From positions 1 through 64,000 of IMG/VR virus record IMGVR_UViG_3300033183_000058: a stretch of 64,000 nucleotides of DNA; one strand, written 5' to 3'. This document shows, in pieces, positions 9,169-18,135 of the stretch. This DNA comes from a virus. Under the pieces are notes generated by a model that worked only from the letters and a program-made list of their open reading frames with translations, did no database searches and had not been told where the DNA came from. Position 1 is the stretch's first letter, and the number at the start of each line of letters is the position of its first letter. Position numbers and translations under genes: made by a program.

Positions 9169-10501
9169 ACCATTCCTTTAGTTCAGGAAAAGTTTCTGTA
9201 AAGTTTTTATTCCTGCGTTGGTCGTATTGTTCGTAAAAGTTTTTAAAATCACTCAATAATTTTTGTTCTTCAAAAGTGTCCGAGTGCGGTTTGTCTACAA
9301 GTTGTAGGTAATCAATTAATCTATCTATATGATTGTGTTCAAACTCATGTAGCCATTCACCGTAGTTTGTTTTAAATATACCTAGTCTGTTTGCTTGAGC
9401 TATTCTAAACTCTTTGTTTAACACTAACGGTGATTGGAAACTAGGAAAGCGTAAGATGTTTAAGGTAAAGTTAACACTATCTTTGCCATACTGTTCTTTC
9501 CATTTCATTATCTGTCTGAGGAATCTATCTAGTGTAGTCAGGCACAGTGCATTAATGGTGCACATGACATGCAGTCCTCTGAGCCTGCGACTGTCTAGCA
9601 AATACTCTACATTATCTTGCCATACTTGATAGTCTAAACCATCACGAATATATTCTGCTTTAGTTCCACATGCTTCGTTACTAGTATATAGATCTAGTTC
9701 AACTTCTTTGGCTCCTTCTATCAGTCTATCTATCTTTTCTCGATCAAACGATAAGTTTGAATTAATAGCAAGACGTGTTTGACTCTGTCCTCGATTCCTT
9801 TGAAACCATTCTAACAGTTGCCATGTATAACCTGACATTAATGGTTCGCCACCTGTTATTCTAAGTTCTTTGAGTGTCTTGTGTAGATCGGATTCCCACC
9901 ACTTGAAGAAGGCCTCAATGTAAGGATTATGCTGACCATAAGTATACAACTGACTACTGTCGTGAGTATGAGTAAAGTGGTTGCGGCCATCACTAACCAA
10001 GTTGGTATAACTACCTTTGAACTTAATGTCCCTAACCCAACTACTGCTAAAAGCGGGGTTGCAATAACTACAAGCCAACTGGCAAGTCCTATCAAAAGCA
10101 ATTTCCAAAGTTCTAAGTTCAACATCTTGTGTCCATTTAGTATGGTAAGCATCGTCTAACTCCTTGTCCTCATATATAACTGTTTTATAAACTCTATCCG
10201 ATATAGCATCCTTGCCCATATCTTCAATCTTCCAGCAGTATTCGCACCCTTTAGGTCTCTCACCTGCCTGCATCATAGCACGTTCTTTTTTCTTTTGTTC
10301 TGTATTGTGTAATGCTTTTGGATTGCGTTCTACTTCTGTAGTAGTAATCTTGTGTGGTAAAGGATGATGACAACTGGTAGTCATGCCACTGCCTAACCAT
10401 ATGGTAGCGTTATACCATTTGGCCGCACAGAAACTATCACTCTTAATATCAATGACTCTGCGTTTATATTCTAAGTCTGTTTCGTTATGCTTTTTTGGCA
10501 T
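9155..10501 (-). CDS. Radical SAM protein with N-terminal twitch domain (AKW subtype)
   Basis: CAAKW...SCHH...CEYC before CQLACSYC; GGEP; DQRR..FPEL; ATG at 10501 preferred over GTG 10510 for SD spacing. Confidence 0.9.
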   Translation of the reverse strand: MPKKHNETDLEYKRRVIDIKSDSFCAAKWYNATIWLGSGMTTSCHHPLPHKITTTEVERNPKALHNTEQKKKERAMMQAGERPKGCEYCWKIEDMGKDAISDRVYKTVIYEDKELDDAYHTKWTQDVELRTLEIAFDRTCQLACSYCNPAFSSSWVRDIKFKGSYTNLVSDGRNHFTHTHDSSQLYTYGQHNPYIEAFFKWWESDLHKTLKELRITGGEPLMSGYTWQLLEWFQRNRGQSQTRLAINSNLSFDREKIDRLIEGAKEVELDLYTSNEACGTKAEYIRDGLDYQVWQDNVEYLLDSRRLRGLHVMCTINALCLTTLDRFLRQIMKWKEQYGKDSVNFTLNILRFPSFQSPLVLNKEFRIAQANRLGIFKTNYGEWLHEFEHNHIDRLIDYLQLVDKPHSDTFEEQKLLSDFKNFYEQYDQRRNKNFTETFPELKEWYGKL

Positions 10502-11915
10502 ATTGTTCACACTCCTTCCACCATGCAGACATTTCTGGAAATGTCTTTAAAAAGTCAGTGCCTCTCCTTCGATCGTGTTCACTAAAGTATCTATAGAAAT
10601 CTGCTTTTTGTTTATTTTTATAGTTATCATCTAACTGTTGGCCTGATCTCATCCAAGTGATATCTCTGTCAAGTCTTTTTATTTCGTAGTCTTTAAACCC
10701 TTTAAATCTAGTTTCTTCTGTTTCATGCCACTTAACCATCCAGGCCCATAGTCTTTCTAGTTTATCAACATATGGTTCAGGCAGTAAGTCCATACGCATC
10801 CACTCAGGTGTTCTCAATATAGGTGTGTCAAACCACACACGTTGATATGTGTTTGAATGCACTTGTCTAAGTCCGTGTATACCTGCAAACAAGTTTTCAA
10901 CTGATGTAACATTTAAGTTATTCATAGTTATGATAAATGTTATGCTTGAACGTTCTGGCACTTCAAACAAGAACTGATTAACACGTTCCCATAACAGTTT
11001 AAAGTCTAGTCCATCTCTGATATATTCTGCTTGTTCGCCAAACCCGTCCACACTCACATACTGCATAAAGTGTTCTACATTATCATCTGCACATATCTTT
11101 TTAACATAACCTAAATACTTTTGCCATAGTTTTTCATCTACTGAAAAGTTTGAAGTTACATTTAAATGTAAGTCTGGTTTAGGGTTTTCTAAAACATAAT
11201 CAAATACCTTGAAGGTATTCTTGTCCATTAAAGGTTCTCCGCCTGTCATGCGGAAGTGTTTAAGTTCAGGGTAAAGATCAGGCCACCAATCCCAAAACGC
11301 AGTTAGGTATGGATTGTGTTCTCGGAAAGGTATAGGCTTTCTCCTACCCTGAAAATAGTTAGGGTCATTGTGTGGCGTTGATGTTGGCCACGCACCCAAT
11401 TCGTTTGACTCTTTCTCCCACGCTGTAGAGTATTGTGGTGAGCAGTAAGAGCATTTTAAATTACAGTTGTGATTAAAGTTAACTTCTACATAACTTGGTA
11501 TAACATCTTGATCCCAAGGTGCGTTAACTATTTCATTAAATGATTCTGCGGCCCAAGGTTCACCTGAGCGATAGTGCCTGTCGCTGAGTTTACCATTGTC
11601 TTCCATAGTCCAACAGTAACTACATTCTTCTGGGCGTTGCCCTTCTAACATCTGCTTACGTGCAGATTTCTTTTGTGCTGTATTATGTAAGGCACTAGGA
11701 TGAAACTCTAAAGGTTTAACATCTATTTCATGTAAGGGTGGATGGTAGCATGAGTTAGTCATGCCCGTGGTGAGATGTAGGCTAACCTGTTTCCATTTAG
11801 CCAAGCACATACTAGGACTTACTGTGTCTAACTGTTCTTTAGCAACTTCTGCGTCACTTAAGAACTTAGACTTAAAGTCCTTGTTTACTTCATCACCTTT
11901 ATTTTGAATAGACAT
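10485..11915 (-). CDS. Radical SAM protein with N-terminal twitch domain (AKW subtype)
   Basis: CLAKW...SCYH...CSYC before CNLKCSYC; GGEP; DRRR..FPEM. Confidence 0.92.
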   Translation of the reverse strand: MSIQNKGDEVNKDFKSKFLSDAEVAKEQLDTVSPSMCLAKWKQVSLHLTTGMTNSCYHPPLHEIDVKPLEFHPSALHNTAQKKSARKQMLEGQRPEECSYCWTMEDNGKLSDRHYRSGEPWAAESFNEIVNAPWDQDVIPSYVEVNFNHNCNLKCSYCSPQYSTAWEKESNELGAWPTSTPHNDPNYFQGRRKPIPFREHNPYLTAFWDWWPDLYPELKHFRMTGGEPLMDKNTFKVFDYVLENPKPDLHLNVTSNFSVDEKLWQKYLGYVKKICADDNVEHFMQYVSVDGFGEQAEYIRDGLDFKLLWERVNQFLFEVPERSSITFIITMNNLNVTSVENLFAGIHGLRQVHSNTYQRVWFDTPILRTPEWMRMDLLPEPYVDKLERLWAWMVKWHETEETRFKGFKDYEIKRLDRDITWMRSGQQLDDNYKNKQKADFYRYFSEHDRRRGTDFLKTFPEMSAWWKECEQYAKKA

Positions 11916-12810
11916 CTACTTCTCTTACCATAGGCCCTTGGTTACGCCAATTTGATCTATAGTGTCTTTTGAAAAACTTACTTTGTTCTTGATCTAGTTC
12001 TACCACATCCAGATCTAATCTACTGAGTTCTTTAGCATTCTCTCTTGCTATCTGATCTGGATCTTGTGATTGCATTTCCGTCCATAACTTTTCCAAGTTA
12101 TCAAACCATTGAACTTCTGTATGATCCCACTCACTTAACATAGTCATTAGTGTGCCTTGTCTGGCTCCTGCTATTGCCCATATACCATTTTCAACATCAC
12201 GGCCTACTGTGTGCCATATGTTGAGATTATCTAAGTTACGTTTATGAGCTCTATCTTTAAATTTATTTATTGTTGGTTTATGTCCTCGATCTAAACACAT
12301 CTTAACACCTTCGCGGAATCCTGCACGCCATGCTTGGAAAGGTGTAGCATTAGGGTATGTAACTGAGTAGCAATCGTGCATGGCCCAGTATAAAGGATCA
12401 AAACAAAACTCTACATTAGTATCATCACTACCGTCACTGTTCTCATGTGTTTTCATATTATAGACAAAGTCTTTGGTCCATGAACTAAGTCCACCGTTGC
12501 CATACATTAATCCATTTATATGATTACGAGCTCTCCAACGGAACACTGCCTTTTCATAATCCTCATCTTTGAGTTCTAGTGTAAGATCAAAGAAGTCCGG
12601 GCTAGGCATATTGTCACCATCTATTAGGATAAATCTATCTGTATTACTAGCATCAGCCGCGGCTTTGTGTGCGGCGTCCGATCCTTTAACACCGTCTACA
12701 CGAGTTGCCCATGGAATCATATTTTTAATTTGAACCCAAAACTCTTCCTTTTGTGGTTCATCATAACTTAAGTATATGCAGTCTAAATCTGCTACATCAA
12801 TCTCAGTCAT
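11899..12810 (-). CDS. Putative GT-A-fold glycosyltransferase
   Basis: IYLSYDEP start, AHKAAA helix followed by FILIDGDN (DxD) as in GT-A folds. Confidence 0.6.
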   Translation of the reverse strand: MTEIDVADLDCIYLSYDEPQKEEFWVQIKNMIPWATRVDGVKGSDAAHKAAADASNTDRFILIDGDNMPSPDFFDLTLELKDEDYEKAVFRWRARNHINGLMYGNGGLSSWTKDFVYNMKTHENSDGSDDTNVEFCFDPLYWAMHDCYSVTYPNATPFQAWRAGFREGVKMCLDRGHKPTINKFKDRAHKRNLDNLNIWHTVGRDVENGIWAIAGARQGTLMTMLSEWDHTEVQWFDNLEKLWTEMQSQDPDQIARENAKELSRLDLDVVELDQEQSKFFKRHYRSNWRNQGPMVREVDVYSK

Positions 12811-13129
12811 AGTATTTTACTTTCCATTTCTGCCCTTGTCCTATTATAGTAATGTCATCAACTAGTGTTTCTGTCCCCTCATCACTAGGAACAAGTTTAC
12901 GATACTGCGTAATCTTATTTGGATTTACCAGTTTACCGTTTTCAACTTTAACATCAACTCTACCTTCAAAAAACTCTTGCTTAGTGACAACAATATAACT
13001 ACCTTCTAGCTCTTGTCTTGAATATTCCTTAGGAGTTCCGTCCTCATTATAGTATAAACGATATTCATCTGATTGCTCTTGCCTTTTAACAGGCTGTCTA
13101 TTTTTAATTACTTCCCAAAAGGCTGTCAT
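12803..13129 (-). CDS. Hypothetical protein (108 aa)
   Basis: ORF overlapping both neighbours in the operon. Confidence 0.7.
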   Translation of the reverse strand: MTAFWEVIKNRQPVKRQEQSDEYRLYYNEDGTPKEYSRQELEGSYIVVTKQEFFEGRVDVKVENGKLVNPNKITQYRKLVPSDEGTETLVDDITIIGQGQKWKVKYYD

Positions 13130-13895
13130 AATGTTTCTCTAACACATCAGCAAAAGATTTGACTTGATAGTGTGTAGGTATTTGTTGTTGTATAGTCTGT
13201 ATACGAAGTCCGCAATCTGTTAACTCCCACACAAGTTCTTTTGTCCAGTCTTCACCATGACAAAAATTTATCTTGCCTTTCATGTGTGCAAACTGTGGAT
13301 ATGTGCTAGGTAGTAGGAAGTTTTCTCTACCTAGTAACACTATAGCTAATGCGTATACTGTATCAGTGTCTGGTTCAGATTGATCCCAATTACGCAATTT
13401 AACTTGATCCCAATTATCAAATAGTTCTCTACATGTTACAAAGAACTTAGCGGCTAATTCACTTCGTCTCCAATATGTTATTGCGTTATACACATCAGGT
13501 AGTTTGTTGTCATCTAAATGACGTCTATAGGTTCTATCTGTAGTCTTGTGCCCATAAAAGTTTCTAGTGCCTTGTGCTATAAACACATCACGTTTTTCGA
13601 CCATAGCCCACCAATGCTCTATTGAACCATTAAGAATCATATCTGCTTCTAGTTTAATAGTCTGACGAAAAGGTGTTGCTTCAAATATCTGCCAGTCATT
13701 TTTTAATCCGCCTTGGTCACCATAAGGTAAAGGTATTTCATAATCAAATATAGGATCTTGACAATCACCTACAACTGCTACTTTGGCTTTGGGCATAAAG
13801 TATTTTATTGACTTTGCAAGAGCTCTAGCACACGGGTGATATGTGTCGCCTTGTGCTACAATTAAATAACCTTGTTCTGCTTTAACTGCCTGCAC
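13104..13895 (-). CDS. Putative glycosyltransferase (GT-A/GT8-like)
   Basis: GYLIVA...LAKSIK, TPFRQTIKLEAD (ExD variant of DxD), late DTVYAL and HMK motifs. Confidence 0.6.
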   Translation of the reverse strand: MQAVKAEQGYLIVAQGDTYHPCARALAKSIKYFMPKAKVAVVGDCQDPIFDYEIPLPYGDQGGLKNDWQIFEATPFRQTIKLEADMILNGSIEHWWAMVEKRDVFIAQGTRNFYGHKTTDRTYRRHLDDNKLPDVYNAITYWRRSELAAKFFVTCRELFDNWDQVKLRNWDQSEPDTDTVYALAIVLLGRENFLLPSTYPQFAHMKGKINFCHGEDWTKELVWELTDCGLRIQTIQQQIPTHYQVKSFADVLEKHYDSLLGSN

Positions 13896-14652
13896 AGATC
13901 GCCTCCATTGATTGTTTATTCATTACGTGAATATCTAAACCTTTAATATTTTGTATTACCGCTTTTTGTTGTAGGTATGTTATGTAAGATAAAACAAATG
14001 TATTTTCCTTCTCTCCAGATCTAACATCAACATCAGTGGTTGCTGTAACTAGTGGCCAAGGAATCGAATATTTGCTAGATTCTACATGTCCACCTAATAG
14101 GCCAAGTGCTATTGAAAATGCCCAATCATTACGAAAAGTCTTGCTGTCAAACTTATATAAAAATCCATAGTGTTTCCAATCTCGTTTGATCATCTCAACT
14201 GTGTCAAATACTTCTTTAGCAAAATTAGATCTATTAAAATACATCACTGTGGCCCAACGACTGGGAAACTTATGCTCACCAAATCTATCTAGTGCTATGA
14301 ACTCTGCTCTCCTTGTTACATCTGTTGCTGTCTGATGAATCATAAAATCTTTGTCTGCGTCAAACAATAAATTTAATATTTCACTGTTAACAATGTAGTC
14401 AACATCTAGCACTATTGTTTCATCATAAGGACTATGATCCCAAGCACGATTGCGACTAGCATTATACCATAACTCTCCACCTTGGGTAGCATTGAATACT
14501 CTGGTGCCACCCAGTTCAGCATCATCTTGGTTTGATATAATTGTTGTGGGTAGACCTAAGTATCTTTCAATACGTTCAGCAGACCATTTGGCCATAGAAA
14601 GATAATCCGTGGTGCCATTGTTAAATGCGTAGAGTAATACTCCTCGACTCAT
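13882..14652 (-). CDS. Putative glycosyltransferase (GT-A/GT8-like)
   Basis: GVLLYA, SPYDETIVLDVDY (DxD), RNDWAFS, HVMNK; paralogous layout to the downstream gene. Confidence 0.65.
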   Translation of the reverse strand: MSRGVLLYAFNNGTTDYLSMAKWSAERIERYLGLPTTIISNQDDAELGGTRVFNATQGGELWYNASRNRAWDHSPYDETIVLDVDYIVNSEILNLLFDADKDFMIHQTATDVTRRAEFIALDRFGEHKFPSRWATVMYFNRSNFAKEVFDTVEMIKRDWKHYGFLYKFDSKTFRNDWAFSIALGLLGGHVESSKYSIPWPLVTATTDVDVRSGEKENTFVLSYITYLQQKAVIQNIKGLDIHVMNKQSMEAICAGS

Positions 14653-14948
14653 CGTTGTCTCGATTGTTCTGCTAGTTCAACACTCCAAGCATTTAACTGT
14701 TCTTGATGTCTCTGCTTGGCCTCTTTGAGTAAGGATGGTCTATCAACTTCTGTGGGATTATTAAATTCATCAAGTATGACCACAGTGTCTGTGTCAAATG
14801 ATGATAATAGGACTATTAGATCTGCACCTGCACGGAACATGCCGCCTTGGTGTGCGAATAGTAGTTTTGCTTCGTATTTTTCACGCAAGACCTGTTTAGC
14901 GGCCTCGTGATCAAAACGAGCTTTGATCTTTTTGCTGATTGTATCCAT
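14649..14948 (-). CDS. Hypothetical protein (99 aa), first gene of the modification operon
   Basis: ORF with ATGA overlap to the next gene. Confidence 0.75.
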   Translation of the reverse strand: MDTISKKIKARFDHEAAKQVLREKYEAKLLFAHQGGMFRAGADLIVLLSSFDTDTVVILDEFNNPTEVDRPSLLKEAKQRHQEQLNAWSVELAEQSRQR

Positions 14949-14953
14949 ACCTT

Positions 14954-14971
14954 ATTATAACACATACTTAT
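14954..14971 (-). promoter_or_regulatory. Candidate promoter for the modification operon (ATAAGTA late-box variant and adjacent TATAAT)
   Basis: Minus strand reads GATAAGTATGTGTTATAATAAGGTATG directly after the terminator. Confidence 0.45.
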
Positions 14972-14976
14972 CAGAC

Positions 14977-15007
14977 AAAAAGAAAGGCACCTAAAAAAGT
15001 GCCTTTC
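14977..15007 (-). terminator. Rho-independent terminator
   Basis: GAAAGGCAC-N8-GTGCCTTTC 9-bp stem followed by TTTTT on the minus strand. Confidence 0.8.
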
Positions 15008-15025
15008 AATTCTACCAAAAACTTA

Positions 15026-16033
15026 TTATAATGCTTCTTGTGTTGATATTGTTGGTGTTCCCCATGCCGCACTTGTTAAGTAAGTTGAGCTTGGGTAGAT
15101 AAAGTTAACATTTGATGTTAATGTTCCATTAACGATATCTAATGAAGCAGGGTTTGTGCCCGGTGTTGGGTAAGTTGGGTTACCTGTGTCAGCCGCCGCA
15201 TCAACAAAAGTTGTTCTAATGTCAATGTAGGTTGCTGAGCCAGCCGCCGCATTAGTAAATGCTTCAATCTTAATATAGTTTGCTGTGTATGGTGCTGTGT
15301 CAGCATACTTAATGATTAATTGTGTTGCTGAAGTTGTTAGGTCATATACATCAACTGTTGCTTTTGATGAACCTCCACCACCTGCACCACCACCAACCTG
15401 TGTAACACCTGTTAGTGCCTGTGAGTTAACAGTGTGGCTAGTTGAGCCTGATAAGTAGATTGTGCCCATCTTAGAGCATAAATCTGTCCATTCAGTGTTC
15501 TTGTTGCTTGATGTGCCACCTGAACGTGAATATGTCATTCTGATCAAACCACCTGCATTAAAGAAGTATCTTAATGCGTTTGCTGATGCAAATGTCACAC
15601 GCTGTGTGGTGTTAACTGAAGTCGTCCAGTTTGATGTTCTTGACGAAGCACCGCTGGTTGTCACGGTCGAACCCGAAGCCGCCGCATCCAATCTTGATGT
15701 TGTTATGGTTGCTAAGTCAGTGGCCACTGTTGCCAGTGCTGTAATAGTGTCACCAGCTGATAAACTTGTATAGTTAGTCACTGTTGAACCTTGGTGCGCC
15801 GCAATATTTTCAATTCTTGATAAGAAGTTGTCCCATTGTGTCGCTGTAATTGTTGATCCTGCTGATACTGAACTTAGTGTTGAGCCTGTCTCACCGTAAC
15901 CTTTGTCAAGTGTTCCAGCACCCCATAACGTGTTAACGTTGTTTACACTATTGTCGCCAGTGCCAGCCGCATTACCTGTGACAAACGTATTATATTCGTC
16001 GTCTAGTATTGTATCGCCTGCTGTATATGCCAT
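15026..16033 (-). CDS. Virion structural protein (Thr/Ser/Gly-rich, tail/baseplate associated)
   Basis: Composition typical of beta-rich virion proteins; TATAAGTA at 16053-16060 and GAGGA SD; located at end of the baseplate module. Confidence 0.65.
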   Translation of the reverse strand: MAYTAGDTILDDEYNTFVTGNAAGTGDNSVNNVNTLWGAGTLDKGYGETGSTLSSVSAGSTITATQWDNFLSRIENIAAHQGSTVTNYTSLSAGDTITALATVATDLATITTSRLDAAASGSTVTTSGASSRTSNWTTSVNTTQRVTFASANALRYFFNAGGLIRMTYSRSGGTSSNKNTEWTDLCSKMGTIYLSGSTSHTVNSQALTGVTQVGGGAGGGGSSKATVDVYDLTTSATQLIIKYADTAPYTANYIKIEAFTNAAAGSATYIDIRTTFVDAAADTGNPTYPTPGTNPASLDIVNGTLTSNVNFIYPSSTYLTSAAWGTPTISTQEAL

Positions 16034-16060
16034 TTGTTATGTTCCTCTATATTACTTATA

Positions 16061-17413
16061 TTAGTGAGATACTGTGACAACTGCTAACACAGTGCCTTCT
16101 TCACTTGATGTTTTAGTTTCTAGTGCTCTGCCAATAACGTTAAATGGCGTAATTTCATCTGCTAAAGCCGCCTTTGCTTTACCATTACCTGCTGATACTA
16201 GTCTATCACCTTTGTTCACTGTGCCAATAACTCTCACAGGAACTCGACCGTTCATAGCGATTGGTGGGTGAGTTTCGTTATTACCTGCACCTGAGTTCAT
16301 TAAGTAAGCCGCCGCTGTTGATATAACACCGAACACTTGATCACTTAATGCATCTTGTGCCATTGTAATTTCTTTTACACCGCCTAGTTCTACAACTGTG
16401 CCTGCTGGATATACTGTGTCTGCTTCAAATCTTTCAGCCAAGTCAGAGTATTCAGCGGCCGACGCTGTTCCGTTAAAGTTAACAGCATATACGTTGTTAT
16501 ACTGTAAACTTGTAGTGCCTAAGTCAATAGTTGCGTTAGCACCTGGATTCATTGCTGAAGTAGCGCCATCAAAGTTAACAACAGTTGTTGTTGAACCACC
16601 ATCGTTGACTTTAATTGAAATATCACCGTCTTGTGTTTGGTTTGCAATAGAGATATCAGTGCCGGATACGCTTACTCTGAAGTCACTGTCTACACCAACT
16701 GCTAGACCTGTGTCATTTAACACGCCTAATGTGCCTGATGTTGTGTCGTTTGCAATAGCACTTAAGAAGTCTGTTGAATCTAAACTATCTAATGTTTGTG
16801 CGTTTGTAGCATTACCTTTAAACACAGCATTTGAAACTGATGAGCTTAATTGTATACCTGGGCCAATTGTTGCAAAACCAGTGATGGCTGTTCCTGGTGT
16901 AAATGTTGCGTCTTTAGATACTGTTGCTACAATATCATCTTCAACATACATTTTAACAACAACGTGGTCAACTGCTACGTTATCTTCTACAGTGTCAACA
17001 ATAGCACCTGAAGTTCCTGTGCCTGCTGTAAATGAAGGACCAACTAAAATAAATGCTGAACCATCATATACTTTTAACTGTGCATTTGCTGAGTCAAACC
17101 ATAAGTCACCAGCAACGTTTGATGTTGGTTGTGTAGCAGAACTTGTAGCTGAACCTAGGTTCTTAAATGTTGTTCCGTTATAAACTTTTAATAATGAATT
17201 TGATTTATCAAACCATAGTTGACCTGTTAATGGGTCACTTGGTGCTGTTGTATTAGCACCGCTTTCAAGTAGTTTCACTACGTTTTCGTTTAAGAACTCG
17301 CCGTAACCAGCGTAGTTCTTACCTACTAGTGTAAGTGAACTATCAGTATTGATAGTGCCGTCTGCGACTGTGGCAAAGATCGTTCCATCAGTTAAATTAA
17401 TTGTATAAGCCAT
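16061..17413 (-). CDS. Tail-fibre/baseplate fibre-like protein with C-terminal chaperone-like domain
   Basis: LTLVGKNYAGYGE, repeated GQLWFD/GDLWFD..LKVY motifs, C-terminal YSDLAERF...GRVPVRV domain. Confidence 0.7.
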   Translation of the reverse strand: MAYTINLTDGTIFATVADGTINTDSSLTLVGKNYAGYGEFLNENVVKLLESGANTTAPSDPLTGQLWFDKSNSLLKVYNGTTFKNLGSATSSATQPTSNVAGDLWFDSANAQLKVYDGSAFILVGPSFTAGTGTSGAIVDTVEDNVAVDHVVVKMYVEDDIVATVSKDATFTPGTAITGFATIGPGIQLSSSVSNAVFKGNATNAQTLDSLDSTDFLSAIANDTTSGTLGVLNDTGLAVGVDSDFRVSVSGTDISIANQTQDGDISIKVNDGGSTTTVVNFDGATSAMNPGANATIDLGTTSLQYNNVYAVNFNGTASAAEYSDLAERFEADTVYPAGTVVELGGVKEITMAQDALSDQVFGVISTAAAYLMNSGAGNNETHPPIAMNGRVPVRVIGTVNKGDRLVSAGNGKAKAALADEITPFNVIGRALETKTSSEEGTVLAVVTVSH

Positions 17414-17441
17414 CTCTTATTACTCCGTATCCTTATTGTAT

Positions 17442-17448
17442 TATTTAT
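17442..17448 (-). promoter_or_regulatory. T4-type late promoter (ATAAATA)
   Basis: Matches core of gp55 consensus TATAAATA upstream of fibre gene. Confidence 0.6.
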
Positions 17449-17470
17449 CAGACCTATTAACTAAGCACAT

Positions 17471-18121
17471 TTAAGTGGTGCTCAAATTGGTCAATGTTTG
17501 TATTCGCACCGTATAATCAATTTGAATCTGTCTGTTCAATGACTTTTGAACAGGGTGGAATACTACGTGTGTTACCAAGTCAAGGTCTGATGTTGATCCT
17601 TGCCATGTTTTTAATCCTAATTCATCAAACACATAATCGCCATCTAGGTTTGTTGAATTATCAAAAGCCTGCTGTCCGCTAGGCTCACCATAGTCTAGTA
17701 AGCAACTTACTAAAATGTCAGTATATACTTTACCTGATGTATGTAACACTGTCAACTTATTTCGAGTAGAATCAGTGTTTGCTGATGATGTATCATCGAC
17801 TACCTTTTGATAAGTTTGATTATACAAGTCAGCATTTTGTCCTGTAACGTTTGGTGGTAGATATGTAATAACACCTGTAGTGTCTACACTTGATCCGCCA
17901 TTACCAAATGCCATTTGATAAATGTATCCTTTATCCTTGTTAGCCATTGATTGTGCTAGGCTATTAGAGAAGTTTTCATAATGGATAGCGTTACGCTTGT
18001 CTACCATAACTTCTTTAGAGTTTGGGTCAAAGATCTTTAAGTGTCCTTGAATAAGGATACCACCGTTCTCGTCTGGTTTTTTATTTTCGTCTGTCATTTT
18101 AGTTTCTTGTGTTTGTTCCAT
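17471..18121 (-). CDS. Baseplate-region structural protein
   Basis: NAIHYEN, MAFGNGG, FDELGL, THVVFHPVQKSLNR; start uncertain (18121 or 18097; ORF-track start 18136 lies upstream of the late box at 18126-18132). Confidence 0.65.
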   Translation of the reverse strand: MEQTQETKMTDENKKPDENGGILIQGHLKIFDPNSKEVMVDKRNAIHYENFSNSLAQSMANKDKGYIYQMAFGNGGSSVDTTGVITYLPPNVTGQNADLYNQTYQKVVDDTSSANTDSTRNKLTVLHTSGKVYTDILVSCLLDYGEPSGQQAFDNSTNLDGDYVFDELGLKTWQGSTSDLDLVTHVVFHPVQKSLNRQIQIDYTVRIQTLTNLSTT

Positions 18122-18135
18122 ACTATATTTATCCA

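Noticed and set aside
153-14948. Reading the operon as a cellular secondary-metabolite or LPS cluster (host contamination)
   Set aside because: Contiguous and co-oriented with phage tail genes, shares the Ala-Ala recoding pattern, and no transporter, regulator or integration boundary is visible.
16398-17183. 261-aa antisense ORF (and similar ones at 15462-15773, 35445-35843, 36252-36662, 54213-54872, 56367-56756, 57121-57596)
   Set aside because: Shadows of real genes on the opposite strand caused by codon bias; no SD or motifs.
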